DNA of 64,000 nt, taken from assembly GCA_051362555.1 (NCBI GenBank), contig CM120642.1, positions 33,852,001 to 33,916,000 of the forward strand, in the 5' to 3' direction. Positions 1-15,500 of this stretch are shown one piece after another. The first letter of the stretch is position 1. Each line of letters begins with the position of its first letter. Position numbers and translations under genes: made by a program. The DNA comes from Lingula anatina (Eukaryota; Animalia; Brachiopoda). The notes under the pieces are model-generated. The model did not search any database. It saw only the letters and a list, made by a program, of their open reading frames with translations, and was not told where the DNA came from.

Positions 1-500
1 TAATACATTCGTCACAGACAGTGTGTCTGAGATATGTTCAATGCTAGTGACCTTGGAGCTGGCAGAGAATACTGCAAAGAGAAAAGTATTTGCTTTTTAT
101 GCCTTAGTTTACATTATTTCCATTTCCCTGTTTAAAATACTGTGATATTTTATCAGAAACCACTGCATTCCAATGAAGAATAGTAAAATTTTTTACATAT
201 AACTTTGACCCAAATATGCAAATGTTTAAAAATATAATCATTGTTAGGTGAATTAAAAAGCATGATGAAAGAATATTAATATATTGTATAATCTGTTCAG
301 ACACAACTCATTTGGCTGAAAATAGATCCAACTGTGGTTATCTGGTGTTATCAAGTTTTTGGTCAAAGTCCAGTCCAAAATCTTTCCTAATGTGAACACG
401 GCTATACAGTAAAGTCAGTAGGTCAGTTGGAATTTGAAATATTTTATGAAGGAAATGTTCCTGACATACTGCTAGTTATCATATGTCTTTGTTTCTGTAG

Positions 501-3500
501 ATGGACTGCAGACTACAGCTATGGTCAAAGTGACCATCATTGACGTGAACGACAACCGTCCGGTGTTTTACCCACAGGTGTACCATAAGAATGTGGAGGA
601 GGACAGCGCCATTGGTACCACTGTGGTACTGGTGACGGCGCAGGACAGGGATTCCGGCAGCTTTGGCACCATCACCTATAGTATTGTGGGTGGGAATGAA
701 CAGGGGTACTTTACCATTGGAAGAGACTCAGGTGAGCAGAAGGCTGGGCTCCATAACTCGAAATAATTGCGATAGCAATATCACCTTTCATTGATTAATA
801 ATTGTTGAAATGGCAATGATTTCTGTATCTTTTTCACCTTTAAGAAAAAACTTAACTTTATCGTCACTATTTCCACCAGGTATTGTCACTGTGCAGAGAA
901 GTCTGGGAAGTCGGGTTGGAATCTTCAATCTTCGCGTCCAGGCTCAAGATGGCGGTGGCTTGCAATCGGAACAGACTGCCAACATTACTGTCAGCGTAGT
1001 GGACTCTCAGCAGGCACCCCCTGTGTTCAGCAGACCATTGTATAGTTTCCGTATCAGTGAAGATGTCGTCCCACAGACACCTGTTGGTACTGTACAGGCC
1101 AGTAATACTAATCCAGGTAGGTCCACTCAGGCTTGGGTGACAGTTCAGATGAATTTCTTATGGGGGAAACCAGAGATTTATAATATTTAAAGCATATTAC
1201 TGGTGGTACAGTGTTGTTATTGAGCGCTTGAATGCTTGTGTGTTCTTAAATGGGAGCCAATTTTGAACACTCAGATGCAAGTGTATGTACACATATACAC
1301 ACATACATGCAGTGAGAGAGAGACTTTTATTCTCTTACTAACATACAATAATGACAAAAATCATTTTTAAGGATCTAGTACTGAGTTGTCTTTAAAAAAA
1401 ATGATTATGAGAAAGTGGTTTTAGAGCTGGTTTTCTCGTGTAACCCTTAAGAACATAAGACACCAGTTGTTGAGCAGTGCGCTAGGTCCCCTTGCCCCTG
1501 GGGTTTGTAGAGAAGCAATGACGCAAGTGGTAATATCCTGAGGGTATATTTCAGTTGGGTGGCCCATTTACTCATGGCTGCAAATTTGCTAATGCCACAG
1601 AACAATTTGTCATCATAATTTGTTGAATAAGTCTCCTGCACGTTTCAGAGATTTGGTTATTTATGTTTTCTGCTCTTTCCCAAGCTTTGCTTTTCCACTT
1701 CTGCTTCACAAGAATCAAGACAAACAGAAGAGTGGTAGAATGAATTTTATTTGACCTTTCCACATACAACAATTACTGTATATCCATGGTTAGCCAACTG
1801 CCTGCTAACGTAGAAAAACATTGACTCACTGTGAGTTGGTTTGATGTGGGCAATCCTACAAACATGTACTAAACTTTTTTACAAGAAAATAACATGTGTC
1901 GGTGCTTGTAAATTTAGAAGTCAATGATGTAAGTCAGCGTGGTTAACGTAATTAATGGCCACAGACTGAATGCCAGGCAACATGGCCACAACACAAGTTT
2001 ACAATGGTTTTTACAAGTGCCCTCCATTGAATTGGGAAAGAGACTGAGCTTTTTTCCCCCATTTGAGCAGGATTAAATTCAATTTGATTTAGCAACAGAA
2101 AACTTTATTTGTTTTATTTGAGCTGGATTTAAGTGTAGTCTGCTGTGAGTTTTGGCTGCAAGACAGAGTTTGTAGCTACAAAAACTAGAAATAACATGTT
2201 CTTTGAGCAGCATATTAGTTCTACTCGGCCGATTTCTCCAATTTTAAAGGGTAGAATCCAACTCTTTTAGCACTGAAGAAAACCCCAGAAAAATGTTGGC
2301 TTTCTGGATCCCTGAAACATTCTGCGGTTTGTAAAATATCATGTGTAGACCACCCTTCCCTTCAGAATTTTCTCAATTAGAGATTTGTCAGTTGGGTAGA
2401 TTGTTTCAAACTAAAAATCTCACATGTAATAAAACAATTGACACCAGCAGCCATTGTGATGAATCACAAATTAATCTCATAGTTGAAATATTTGCAGAAG
2501 TCATTTAGATAATGAGGTGAACCCCTGAGGTCCGAATTCTTTGTTTTTTTGTTGTTTCCCTGTAGCAGTAAAAAACAAAGCATTCCAGTAATATCATTAA
2601 CATAGAGACACATGCAACACTGTCTGTACAGACTGTAGCTCAGAGGTTGGTTAACTCTGCAGTTAAATTAGACTTATCATTCTGCCTGTTAATTAAAAAT
2701 ATTACCATTGAAAAAATTGATACAAGTCATACAACCATATTTGATGAGAAATTAAGTAAATATCTTCATTACATTCTAATTGAAATATTAGTTAAATTTT
2801 GGCAAGAGATAATCCCACTAACATGCTCTCCTGGTACACAGGCAGTGAGGGGAGATATCAAATCCTGGTACACAGGTAGTGAGGGGAGATATCAAATCCT
2901 GGTACACAGGTAGTGAGGGGAGATATCAAATCCTGGTACACAGGTAGTGAGGGGAGATATCAAATCCTGGTACACAGGTAGTGAGGGGAGATATCAAATC
3001 CTGGTACACAGGCAGTGAGGGGAGATATCAAATCCTGGTACACAGGCAGTGAGGGGAGATATCAAATCCTGGTACACAGGCAGTGAGGGGAGATATCAAA
3101 TCCTGGTACACAGGCAGTGAGGGGAGATATCAAATCCTGGTACACAGGCAGTGAGGGGAGATATCAAATCCTGGTACACAGGCAGTGAGGGGAGATATCA
3201 AATCCTGGTACACAGGCAGTGAGGGGAGATATCAAATCCTGGTACACAGGCAGTGAGGGGAGATATCAAATCCTGGTACACAGGCAGTGAGGGGAGATAT
3301 CAAATCCTGGTACACAGGCAGTGAGGGGAGATATCAAATCCTGGAATGGTTTGTGGAAATTGATGATGAGATGTGATGCAGATAATGGATGATTTAATCA
3401 CATCAGGATTAGTTGTCTGAATCCAGGGCAATGGACTAGACACTATGTACTGACCTAAACCACTTTCATATCCATATCACGGGGCTGTGAACTAGGGGCC

Positions 3501-6500
3501 TGGGCCCTGGACCATGGCTGAATATGATCTTTGACACACTCCACAGAGCAGTTGAGATTTACTGGAAGTTTTGTATTAACCCAAGTAGCTGAGATTCTTT
3601 ACTCAAATCAGTTATAAAATGACAAAAAATTCAAATAAATATTTAATATTCCCTGAGCTTAATAGGTTGTAGTAGAAATAAAAGACAGTGCAAAAAAAAG
3701 GAACATTTGAGTTTAACTCTAAAGATTGTTGAAAATATAAGACAATGCCTAGATTGTCCTATTATGTGCTATGTGTCTGGTCTGCTGTAAGCTGTGGTTT
3801 ATAGGTAATCAATGCTATGTGTCAATCTAGTCAGCTCAATGCAGTGGAGAGTATGACTTGATAAATTGCTGTGACACTTAAGCCTGGTGTAGCAATTAAT
3901 GCAGTATTCTCTGTGGACCATACACATCCTAGTGGGGAGTGTGGTATCACTGAAGACAGAAACAGGTGCTCTGGGGATGTGTTGTCACTGTTATTATAGC
4001 TGTTAAAACAGCTTCATTCTGGTTGACAGGGAATCATAACTTGTCACTGCTATATGGAAAGTAGAGATTGGCGTACATTACTAAGTATTCTGTTTTTCTA
4101 CACACATGTGACACTGGCTTAAAGTAGAAATAATTCAACTGAGTTTTAGTAATATTATACTTAAAGATGGTTGTGAACTTGCATTATATATGTAATGTCT
4201 TTCAGTCCTTAAAACCTGATGTACAATTCATGATCTTGCATATCAGACAGAAATAATTTAAGACACAAAATTCAATGATTTAAGTCCATTAAAAAGATGC
4301 TTAACCTTAATATGTTTAAGCATACATAGCAGTACAGTAGTACAAGCCACAGAAAATAATAAACAAGCCCAGCCTATTGGGATTCCCATTAAGTGAAGCC
4401 CCAGACCACTTGGGGGTTGCTTTCTGATTAATGACGGTAGTTGATTGATGGAGTGAAGTACTGGGAAATCCAGGACAAACCTTTACTGTGTTCGTTGTAC
4501 ATCTTTTTTATGCACACAATGCAAGGGAGCAATAAAAATGAAAAAGGAGAAAGCAACTGGTTGCAGCCAAGGTTTAGGATTTTTTTCAACCTCTGAAGTC
4601 TGAAATTGAGAGCAAAAAATCCATCTTGTTCAAAAGATTTTACAATTGTGAACATGTTCTGAACAAATTTAATCACAAAAGGTGATGAATTCCTCATTAT
4701 AATAAATTGTCCATAATGCTTGCTAAAAATTTTAAATGGACATAATTATCTATTTGGATAGCATAATAAGAACTTTTTATTTATTTTCTCCCAGCGGCAG
4801 GCACTATTTTCTACTCCATCGAATCAGGGGACCCCCACCAGTACTTCGCCATTGATGCCAGCTCTGGGGTGATACGTACTAAGACGAATATCGACCACGA
4901 GACGACGGCCACGGTGCTGCTTACTATACAGGCCCAGAGTGGGAGTCCACCAATATTTGGCAGGGCACAGGTAAGAGTTGACACTCAGCTTTGACTAAAG
5001 GACATAGGTTGCATACAGAATCATATGAACTTTAACTGTCTTTAGACTAACTCCAGGTAGTAGACGATGTGATTGCAGTCAACCTGGGGAGCCATCTTTA
5101 TCACTGTATAAACCTGCTCTCTGCGTGCTGACTTCTCAACTCACAGATTAGAGAGTGATAAGGTGCAGGCAAATCTCTCTGGAGATGGTCTGAAAGCAAT
5201 TTTGAATAAATTGTTATTATAACAGGACCAGCAAAGACTGATTGCCAAATTAACTTAAACAATATGTGATATTTTCTGTTGTTTTTCAGGTCAACATCAC
5301 TCTAGATGACGTGAATGACAACGCGCCTCAGTTTCAAGTCAGTAACATTGAGATTCCTGTCAAGGAAAATGTCGGCACAGCTCACACTATATACCAGGTG
5401 CATGCCTCAGACCGCGACAGTGGAAACAACGGAGAGGTGCGCTACAAGCTGCTCCAGAATCCTGGCAACACCTTCCAGATAGATGCTGCGACAGGTAAAG
5501 ACTTTCTGACACCTGTGTATTGTTATGGAGAATATTTTTGATGCTAGTGCTAAGATGATAATGAGGAAAGATAATTTTGACATTTTCCACAACAATAATG
5601 AAACGTAAAATCTTGTATTTCTAGGTGAGCTGCGTCTGCGTGGCTCCTTGGACTACGAGGGGACAAAGCAGTATAGAGTGGTGGTCAGTGCATATGACCT
5701 AGGTATCCCACAATACAACAGCAGTATGACTATTGTCCTCAACATCCAAGATGTCAATGATAATATCCCACAATTCCAACAAAATCCGTACCGGGTGCAG
5801 GTCAGGGAGGACACTTCTGTCAATCAGAAATTCCTTCAAGTCAATGCCACAGATCTGGACTCCGGGAACAATGCTCGGATCACATATCGGCTCCATGGAA
5901 CAGCTGCTGGGCAGGCATTTGGCATCTTCTCCAACGATGGTTGGGTTTATCTACGTGAGGCGTTAGATAGAGAACGCCAGCAGGAGTATAGGATGAACGT
6001 CTTAGCCATAGATAATGGTATTCCAGAGAAGACAGCCACTGCATCTCTCATTGTTACTGTGACTGATGCCAATGACGAGAGGCCACAGTTTACTGGACTT
6101 CCATATCAGTTTTACTTCCCAGAAAACCAGGCAGTCAGCAGTGTGGTTGCCACAGTAACAGCCACTGACAATGACACAGGGGTCAACGCCAGGCTCAGGT
6201 ACTCCATGATTTCCTCCAATGAATATTTTGACATTAATACGGACAGTGGAGAAATCCTTTCCAAAAAGGAACTTGACCGAGAAACGAGGGATCACTACAA
6301 TTTCAATATTCGTGTCACTGATCAGGGAAATCCTCCTCTCAGTGCCTCGGCTGAGGTGTCCATTTTTATTCAGGATTTGAACGACAACAGCCCCAGATTC
6401 CTGCAGACAGGATTGTACCGCGCAGATGTACTGGAGAACCAGGTCAAGGGGACCTCCGTTATTAAAGTCTCCGCTTATGATGATGACTTCGGTGTAAATG

Positions 6501-9500
6501 GGACTGTGTCCTATGCCTTTGATGCTAGTGTTGGTACGGACTACCAGATGTTCCACATCCACCTGCGCACTGGTTTAATTACAACAGCGGAGGTACTGAA
6601 CAGAGCAGTGAAGAGCAAGTATTCCCTGACTGTCATAGCAAGGGATGGCGGGACTCCCCACCAGGAGAGCAAGAAGATTGTAGAAATCACCGTTCTAGAT
6701 GATGGTACCCCTGACCAGCCTGGTTCACCCTCCAAGTTCTTGACATTTGATATCCAGGAAGGCATTCCTATTGGTTCTGTCATAGGCAGTGCCAGGCTGC
6801 AAAATGACCACCCAGAATTGATGGCTTACTATCTCATCAGTAGTCGACCGCTGGATATTGCCATATTTGGCGTGAACACCACCACTGGTGCCATCTACAG
6901 TGCAAGGGAGGTAGACTTTGAAGCGAGTTCCACTTACAGTCTCATTGTCAATGCAGTTGACAGTCATATCTATACAACGGCAATTAATGTCACTATCAAT
7001 GTTGCCGACATCAACGACAATGCCCCATTATTTGAAAATGACCCAATTTGGACCAGTGTGCGTGAAAACGTTGGTGTCAATCATTTGGTGTATACGTTCC
7101 ATGCTAATGACAGAGACAGCGGTGATAACGGACGTGTGATGTACAGTATAGTCAGCCAGTCGCCCAGTGGAGCGTACTTCTCTATTGATGCCTACTCTGG
7201 AGCCCTGAGGACTACCAGGAACATCGACCACGAGATTATCAATCAGGTAACGATGTGGAATATGGCATGATTGAATATGAAGAGTTCAGAGTGAAAGTTT
7301 GAATTGTGCACTTTATGAAAATGAAATTCATGTTGCAATGAACAGATGTAGACATATGTAGAAAAATACGACGAACTCAAAACAAGTGAGGAAATATGAG
7401 AAAATAGAATACAAGTTACTATTTAGAAGGTTAAACTCTGAAAGTGTTATAAAAATAATAAAAGTGAAATTTATTTTTTAGGTCACTCTGATTGTCCGTG
7501 CCACTGACCAAGCCACAAATATAAATGACCGTAAAGAGACGACAGTGACTGTCTTAGTGAGTATTGAGGATGAGAACGACAACGCCCCGATCTTTGTGTC
7601 CAGAAATAAGACGTTCCTGTTTGAAGATGAGCCGGTGGGATATCCGCTGATGTACGTGATTGCTGTGGACAAGGATTCCGGCCAGAATGGTAACGTCACC
7701 TACAGCATTGTATCCGGAGACGTGGATCACCATTTTGCCTTGGATTCCAATACAGGTAATATAAGAATTTAGTTCATATGTCTGTGTGATTAGATACTGC
7801 ATACAAATCTTGTAGCTTACCTTGCATTTCACTGTCACTTAAAGTCTGGCTACCTCACCATTCTGTCTTGGATTCTTTCACTGGCAATATTATATAACTT
7901 AGTAATTAACCGCAATATTGGACACATCGCTAAAAGTATACTGCTTAATTAACTGCCAGGTCAAATACATGGCAAATAATTGCTTATGTCTTAATTGAGT
8001 TTGATTGATCAAAATTCAATACTTGTCTAACTTAATTATAGGTTATCATTGATCAGTTATGATAAGCCAGCCTTTCATGTCTTAAACATTTGTTTAATTG
8101 ATTTACACATTAAGGTCAGTTAAGATGAACGCAATTCTGTGGTTAAGACTCCATAACTGTCCAGTTGATGTATTGACTCTCCAAAAACTTAATTATATAT
8201 ATACTTGTTTGTTCAGTTATTTATTTTAAAAATAATTTATCTATTCTTGTCCACCCTAGGCCTGCTAACAATCTCCTCCATATTGGACAGAGAGCGTGAA
8301 GAACAGTATATCCTCAACGTCAGTGCAACGGACCACGGCAGTCCTTCCCGTCACAGCGCCACCCAGCTGGTCACCATACAAGTCATTGACGTGAACGATA
8401 ACCCCCCAAAGTTTGAGCAGACCGTCTATAGGGCTAATGTCACCGAGAACATGTCCGCCCCGACTTATGTTACCACCCTGAGAGCCACGGATCTGGACAG
8501 AGGTAAAGCTACACTAATATGTAGATAAAATAAAATGTCATACGTCACCAACAATCTGTAAACTTATAGGTTAAACCCTTCAAACTACTATTGTTCGATC
8601 AGCACTGAATTGAATCAGGAAAATTTACAAGAGCTGGCGTTACTGCAGATGTCTGTTAGCTGACAGTATGGATTTTACATGCCTTCTTATATGACCTTGA
8701 TATGATGAGTATGGCAGGAGTTGTCACTGAATACCTCTAACTTATACCTAATACATACTTTATCTGATATCCTTGTTGTTTCTCTACTAGGTCCTAATGG
8801 AGACCTGATCTACCTTATCCCGTATGGGATAGCAGGGAACAAGTTTGGGGTCAATAATGTCACAGGAGTGGTCAGTACGAGAGAGGAATTGGACAGAGAG
8901 GCTCAGAGCTCTTACATCATCACAGGTACAGAGATACATTGTTTATTTTATAGATACATTGTTTATTTTATTCTGAATTGTGAGCAGACGCACAGGAAAT
9001 AAAAACTTTTCCTGTTTCCCTATATCAGCAAGTCAAGTAGTCAAAATTAGCGGTTATCTAACTTTTTTTACGACAGCATTATTCATGAACATTGCATACA
9101 GAATTATAACTCGCCACATTTGCAGAAACTATACAGGAGTTTATGGGTATCTAATAATAGGTTGTTTTCTTGAAATTCAAATTTTTGCTCAAAATCTGCT
9201 GGCAAAATATTAATTTAAACAAATGGAAAGCAAACATGAGTTGCATTCAGTTTTTCTAACAAAATTTTTTTTCGACAAGCAATTATATATTCAGTTTATT
9301 CTTGTGTTTGTGCTTTTTAGCCTATGTGCGAGACAACGCATACCCGTCCCAGTACGACACGGCTACCATCATAGTGGACGTACTGGACACCAACGACCAC
9401 ACACCAGTGTTCAAGAATGAAATTTATCGCCTAACTGTACCAGAAAACTCTGATGACACAGAGATCCACCAGGTGGCAGCAATGGACGCAGATTCTGGCA

Positions 9501-12500
9501 CTAACGGCCAGATTAGCTACACCATATCTGGTACGTGAAGACTATTAGCCATTGTTCGTAGTACTTCTTTATTTCTCTTCTTTTATTTATTTATTTATTT
9601 ATTTAGGTATTTATTTATTTTTTCTTTTATTTATTTTTAAATTTGTGTTAAGATAGACACAATGCAGAATATTCACAACATAAGATCACGTCTTGTCTAG
9701 GATGGTTTGATAGCCCTTTTATATCAAGTCTTTTTGTACTATTGAAGACCCTTTGAGGTCCAAATATCTTTTAAATTAGTCACATTTTAACTGGTATTTT
9801 CTTGAAATTGGTTTAAACTTATTTATTGATCACACAGAGAACTTGTATTTGCGTCATATTTGGTTTGCTGAATGTTTTGTCAATTCTCTTTCTTAGTCAC
9901 TCATGTTTAACCAAACAAACTTCTGACTAACTGTTTTGATGTAATTTTCCTGTATTTTTCTTCATGATCAAGTAAGACAAAGGTTAGAATAAATACACTG
10001 TTGTGTTTAAAATCATCAGCTGAAATAAGAAGATAAATGGAGTGCAAGGAACAACACATTGCTTTACCAATTTGACAAAAATTACAGTCTTTTGATTTTG
10101 GATGTGTTTCATAAAAGGTTCATGTGACACCAATTGATTTGAGGCATTTTCTATTTTATGGGTTCACATTTTAAGTTGGTAGGGCGCAGTTTTCACATTT
10201 CCATAGACCTTACCTATTAACTGATATTTATATAATCACAGGGAAAAGATTCAGTGGCATTTTCTCATCAAATTCACTCTGAAGTTTTGTTTAGTCTGGC
10301 ACAGCCTGGAAGTTCTGAGAGGAAAAATATATTATCGTGGTACATGTTGGAACTTTGTTAATCTGAACAAGGTTATGTTTTATGAAGTAATACTTCCACT
10401 GACCTGCCATACATGTTTTATGAAGTAATACTTTCACTGGCCTGCCATACATGTTTGGTAATCGGAACAGACATTAGTGTTAAACGGTGACATTCGCACA
10501 AACCACCCTCCATTTTGTCATAATTTGAACAGGCATTTGTTTTATCAGATAATACTTTTTCAAGCCATGCATATTTTCATCTTAATTCAAACAGGCAGAA
10601 TATTTATCAGTTAATAGTTTCACCACGGATATATTATTTCATCTTAATTTAAACAGGCTTATGTTTTATCTAGAAATATGCCAAGCATTGTTTCATTACT
10701 TACTGCAGTAACCACAATATTATTACAATAAACACAGTCACCTAATTTCATATCAACATTCCTCAACTTCAGCTGGCAATGAAGGAGGCAAGTTTTCCAT
10801 AGACCCCACCACAGGTGCCTTGTCTTGTGATGCCTTGGATAGAGAGAGACAGGACCAATATCACCTGACCATCACAGCTACAGACAACGGACAGCCACCT
10901 CGCAGCGGGACATGCACAGTGATAGTCATTGTTTCTGATCTGAACGACAACAGTCCCGTGTTCCGTAGACCTCGTTACACGGCCACGTTGTTGGAGGACG
11001 TACCAGTGAACACACCCGTTGTGAATGTCAGTGCCACAGACGCAGATGCAGGCAATAATCGTATCATAACTTACTCCCTTAATAATGACTCCCAAACAGA
11101 TGGACTGTTTAAGATTAACAATGTTACAGGGGAAATTCTTACTGCAGGGTGAGTGTTTAGGCTTAGTCTGACCAAGTAGATAGATGTTGATTATGCATTG
11201 TTGTGGGTTTAGTATTAAAAAAATGCCCTTTGTGAAAACCAAAGATTTGAATTTATTTATTTATTGTTTTTTTTACAGTTTTGTTGCAGAAATTATTGTA
11301 ATAAATCTTTGATTAAATATTTATGTATGGGCTGTGTAACATAGGTGTAATAACAGCTTGATAAATTAATGATTTCGTTTAAGAATAAAACCAAGGTATA
11401 TAGGTAAATAGACTGAGCAACTTAGTGTGGATTGTTTTCAGACATTTTGATCGTGAGAAGAAAAGCAGCTTCACTTTTGAAGTCACTGCTACAGATGGTG
11501 GTCTCTACGACCCTCGTCAGCAAAAAGTGACCATAGCTGTGACCATAGACGATGTCAATGACAATGCCCCTGTGTTCACAACAACACAACTGACCATTAA
11601 CGCCTCCACGGGACTCCAAAATGGCCACCAGCTGACGCAGATCCGTGCTGCAGACAAGGATGCAGGAAGTAACGCCCAGATTGTCTACACTATATCTCCT
11701 GAGTCAGACTTTTTTGCTATCAACCCCAACACTGGCTGGGTGGTAGTAAAGGGCGCCAGTCTCGGGGAGTCTTCTGTAGGATATCATCAGCTACAGCTTA
11801 TAGCCACAGACAGGGGGTCACCACCGCTGTCGTCAGTGGGTAAGTGGTTCATACCCAAAGGGGTCTTAAATACTCAGACATGAGCTCTTTCCATGGAAAA
11901 GCTGAATTCCGTGTTTTTTAATTCAAGTCTGATGGTTCCTGAGATTCGTCAAGGTTAGGTGTTGGGTCCCATGAAAAATGTTCAGAGCTTTTTTTTTTTT
12001 TTTTTAAACTTAAGTTCATGTCTGATACTTGTGTACAGTTTTCTATGAAGAACGCATGCTTCAGCTCTGTTGTAGAATTGAGTTGATCTTTTGCTTATTA
12101 TTTTGTGAGGCATTTATTTTAAGATCAGTCAGTGAGTTGGTTTTTGCCTGCTCTTGTTGATACCTATTAGTGGAAAGTAAACATATACATAATATACAAG
12201 ACTGCTTTTTGCAATATTAACTTGGGATTTTCATTGTTATACAAAACCAAGCTAAACAGTTTGAATTTTTAAATAAAATTGTCAAAGTTTGTGATTGTGA
12301 TGTGTATTGGTATGGAATAAATCAGTAATGTTGCTAAACTTTTCTCATTCTTTTCTTTTTTCAGGAGTCCTTGGAATTCGTGTTGGCAACCCCAATGTGG
12401 GTGTCCTGCGTTTCACTAACCACACCTACTCTGTGTACCTGATGGAAAATACGCCAAGAGGCACCAACGTCGTCAAGGTGACGGCAAACTTTGTCGGAGG

Positions 12501-15500
12501 TGGTTCAGGAACAATACAGTACAGCTTTGCCAGCGGAAATGAAGATAAAACTTTCAGGATTGACTCACAGGGTATGTATGTATATGTGTGTGTGTGCTCA
12601 GACAGGACTTGTTTTGGACTGGGTTTAGGTCAGACTTGCACTATTAGACTGGGGTTACCTTGTGTGTGTGCTTGCTATGTTATGCTATAAGCAGTTTGAA
12701 ATTATTTGAAAATGATGATGAATCCAACTTTAAGCAACAAAATAGATTCCCATCACAAATGAATTGGTGTAAATATTTGTGAGTCAGCCTGTTTAGAAAA
12801 TCACAAATTATATGTTTTAATGACAGGTCAAATAAAGATCAATGATAACAGCAAGCTGGACTACGAGACCACTGTACGTATGCGTCTCATTGTGGTGGCG
12901 TCTGCAGATCAGTCGTATGGCTACACCACAGTATGGATCAATCTGCGCGACGAGAACGACAATGCACCCCGTTTTGCCCAGGAGAGGTATATCTCATCTA
13001 CCTGGGAGGGGAAGGAGAGAAACACCTATGTCACTCAGGTAGGTTGATTATGAAAGTATGTGAGGATGGTGGTTAGGGAGGAAAATCACTCATAGATGTT
13101 GATGGCTATAAAATGAAAGCACCTGTCACTTTGTTGGTTTGTGTTATGTTATAATTCCCTTACAGCTTGATGTTTAAAGAGAAAAAGTATTGTCATAGAT
13201 GTATGGTATGTTAGTAAAAAAAAAATGTATTTCATTTTGACTGTATACCATTGAAAGGCCATGAACATAAGCATAACTGGGATAATTATAGGTAACATCT
13301 GTATTGAGCATTGACCACTGAACCCTATCTACGATTTCTTCCAGGTCTCTGCCACGGATGCAGACAGTGGCACCAATGGCCAGATCACCTACACCATTAT
13401 CAACGGCAACGTCGATGATGCCTTCATCATCAGTCCTCCTCGCAGCGGGATCGTCATGGCCAACATTGAACTGGACCGTGAGATCCACAGCTCGTATCGT
13501 CTTGAGATCGAGGCCAAGGACCAGGGCGCCAACCCGCGCTCCAGTACTTGTACTCTGAGGATTAATGTTGTAGATGTGAATGATAACTCCCCCATCTTCC
13601 CCATGGCCAGCCCCGTGGATGTAGATGAAGGTGCGGTGAATTTTAATGGAAAAGTATAAATGTAGATATTTGGAAGATCATATGTTTTTCTGAGGTTCCT
13701 AAATATTATTTTCTAAAAATATGTACAATTCTTAAATCGTCTATTTCTTGAATGATCACCTTACCAAGAAAACATTGTCTTGGGATGATATCTTTGGTCA
13801 GTTTCATACAATATATTCCCTCCTCCTCCCAGGAATTGATGTCGGGTCAATAATCACCACTATAACTGCCAATGACGTGGATCTCAATCCTGACCTGAAG
13901 TACGAGTTTGCCGAGGATGGCAACCCTGACAACACCTTCAGTATTGACCGGTTCAGTGGCAGAATCACCCTCACAAAACCACTGGACAGGGAGCAGAGAG
14001 CACAGTATACCCTGAAAATTAAGGTGAGAACTCATCTGTCATGGTGTAAAGTTGATATGTATGTGATAAATATATATTATGAAGCAAACAGGCGCTTAAA
14101 TGTTTTAAAGATGAGACTAAAGGTTGAAATGCTCCTGAAGATCAGCTTTCAGTTTAGTTTTCAATTGCAACTTTTAATATCTTGATTCAGTGGTGTAAAA
14201 CTGACAAAGAGAATTCAGTAGATATGTAAGTTCAAGTAAGACTTACGCGGATTATAAGGTAATGCTCAGTTGATAGATTTCCTAGTGAGTATTTTGAATT
14301 TACTTCCCCACACAATACTTTCTCCTATACAAGATATGTTTTTCTATATTTTCAGGCCACAGATGGTATCCACCCGACCTACACAGACCTGGTGATCAAC
14401 GTGATTGACGAGAATGACAACAGTCCCAAATTCCTCCAGGAGTCGTACCAAGTGACTCTGCCAGAACTGACTCCCCCCAATGCCTACATCATTACAGTTC
14501 AGGCGACTGACGCAGACTCTGGATCTAACTCCCAGATCACCTATAGTATCATTGGTGCCGCCAGAGACGATGGCTTCTATGTAGATCCGCAGTCTGGTAG
14601 GTTGCTATGCTGAAAAAAAGAACATTCAGTTTGTGCACATAAACAGAAACTATTCTTATCACTTTGCTGTTGCATGTTTTCTTGCCTTGTTAGCTTAACC
14701 ATGTAATGGACAATGCTTGTTCTTTTAGTTTGCCAAAAACAATCTTTTTAATAGTGATTTTCTTGTTATAGTTCAATTTGAAAATGCTTCTATGGAAAAA
14801 TAGATTAATGAAAAAATTTTGCTTTTTGCAATCAAAACAAAGCGTTTTTTTCTTTGAACCTAAACATATTAATGAGTGTTGTCTGTGTCCCTGTTTCAGG
14901 TGCCATATACACCAACAAGACCATCCACTTTGACTCCAGTCAGCACACCTATCAGCTGGTCATCAAGGCCACTGACCACGGCCGGACGCCACTGACCGAT
15001 GTGGTGGCCGTCAGGATACAGGTCACTGATATCAACGACCATTCACCTGAGTTTACTAAGAAAAACTACAGGTAAGTTGTATGTGTAGAGAAATATAGAA
15101 AACAGTAGCTGCAGATATGTGATATGTGTAGAGAAATATATAGAGAACAATAACTGCAAATATGTGATATGTGTAGAGAAATATAGAGAACAATAACTGC
15201 AGATATGTGATATGTGTAGAGAAATATATAGAGAACAATAACTGCAAATATGTGATATGTGTAGAGAAATATAGAGAACAATAACTGCAGATATGTGATA
15301 TGTGTAGAGAAATATTGAATAAATTGCTAGTTGTGCTGGTATACACACTCAAACAAATGAAAGAGATGACAACAGATAGCAGCTGGGAGACAAATGGATC
15401 TTATACTCAGCTGTGGTAAATGGATTTTTGATTGATTGTATCCTATTATGTTTCAGTATTGCTGTTCAATTTTTGACAGAAAATGGCTGAATCTAAAAGA

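Noticed and set aside
2830-3344. 34-bp repeat array as a CRISPR
   Set aside because: Head-to-tail units with no unique spacers, located in a eukaryotic intron, with no cas genes
4795-4800. Tandem in-frame acceptors 6 nt apart (CAG|CGGCAG|)
   Set aside because: Would change only 2 aa; such sites are common and usage cannot be judged from DNA
6002-6562. 186-aa antisense ORF, and similarly 16279-17109 and 10769-11242
   Set aside because: Shadow ORFs opposite cadherin exons with no recognisable motifs
10374-10455. 38-bp direct duplication and weak nearby repeats in a ds intron
   Set aside because: An ordinary local duplication with no further structure
15043-15352. Repetitive minus-strand ORFs
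   Set aside because: Translations of the 43/45-bp minisatellite
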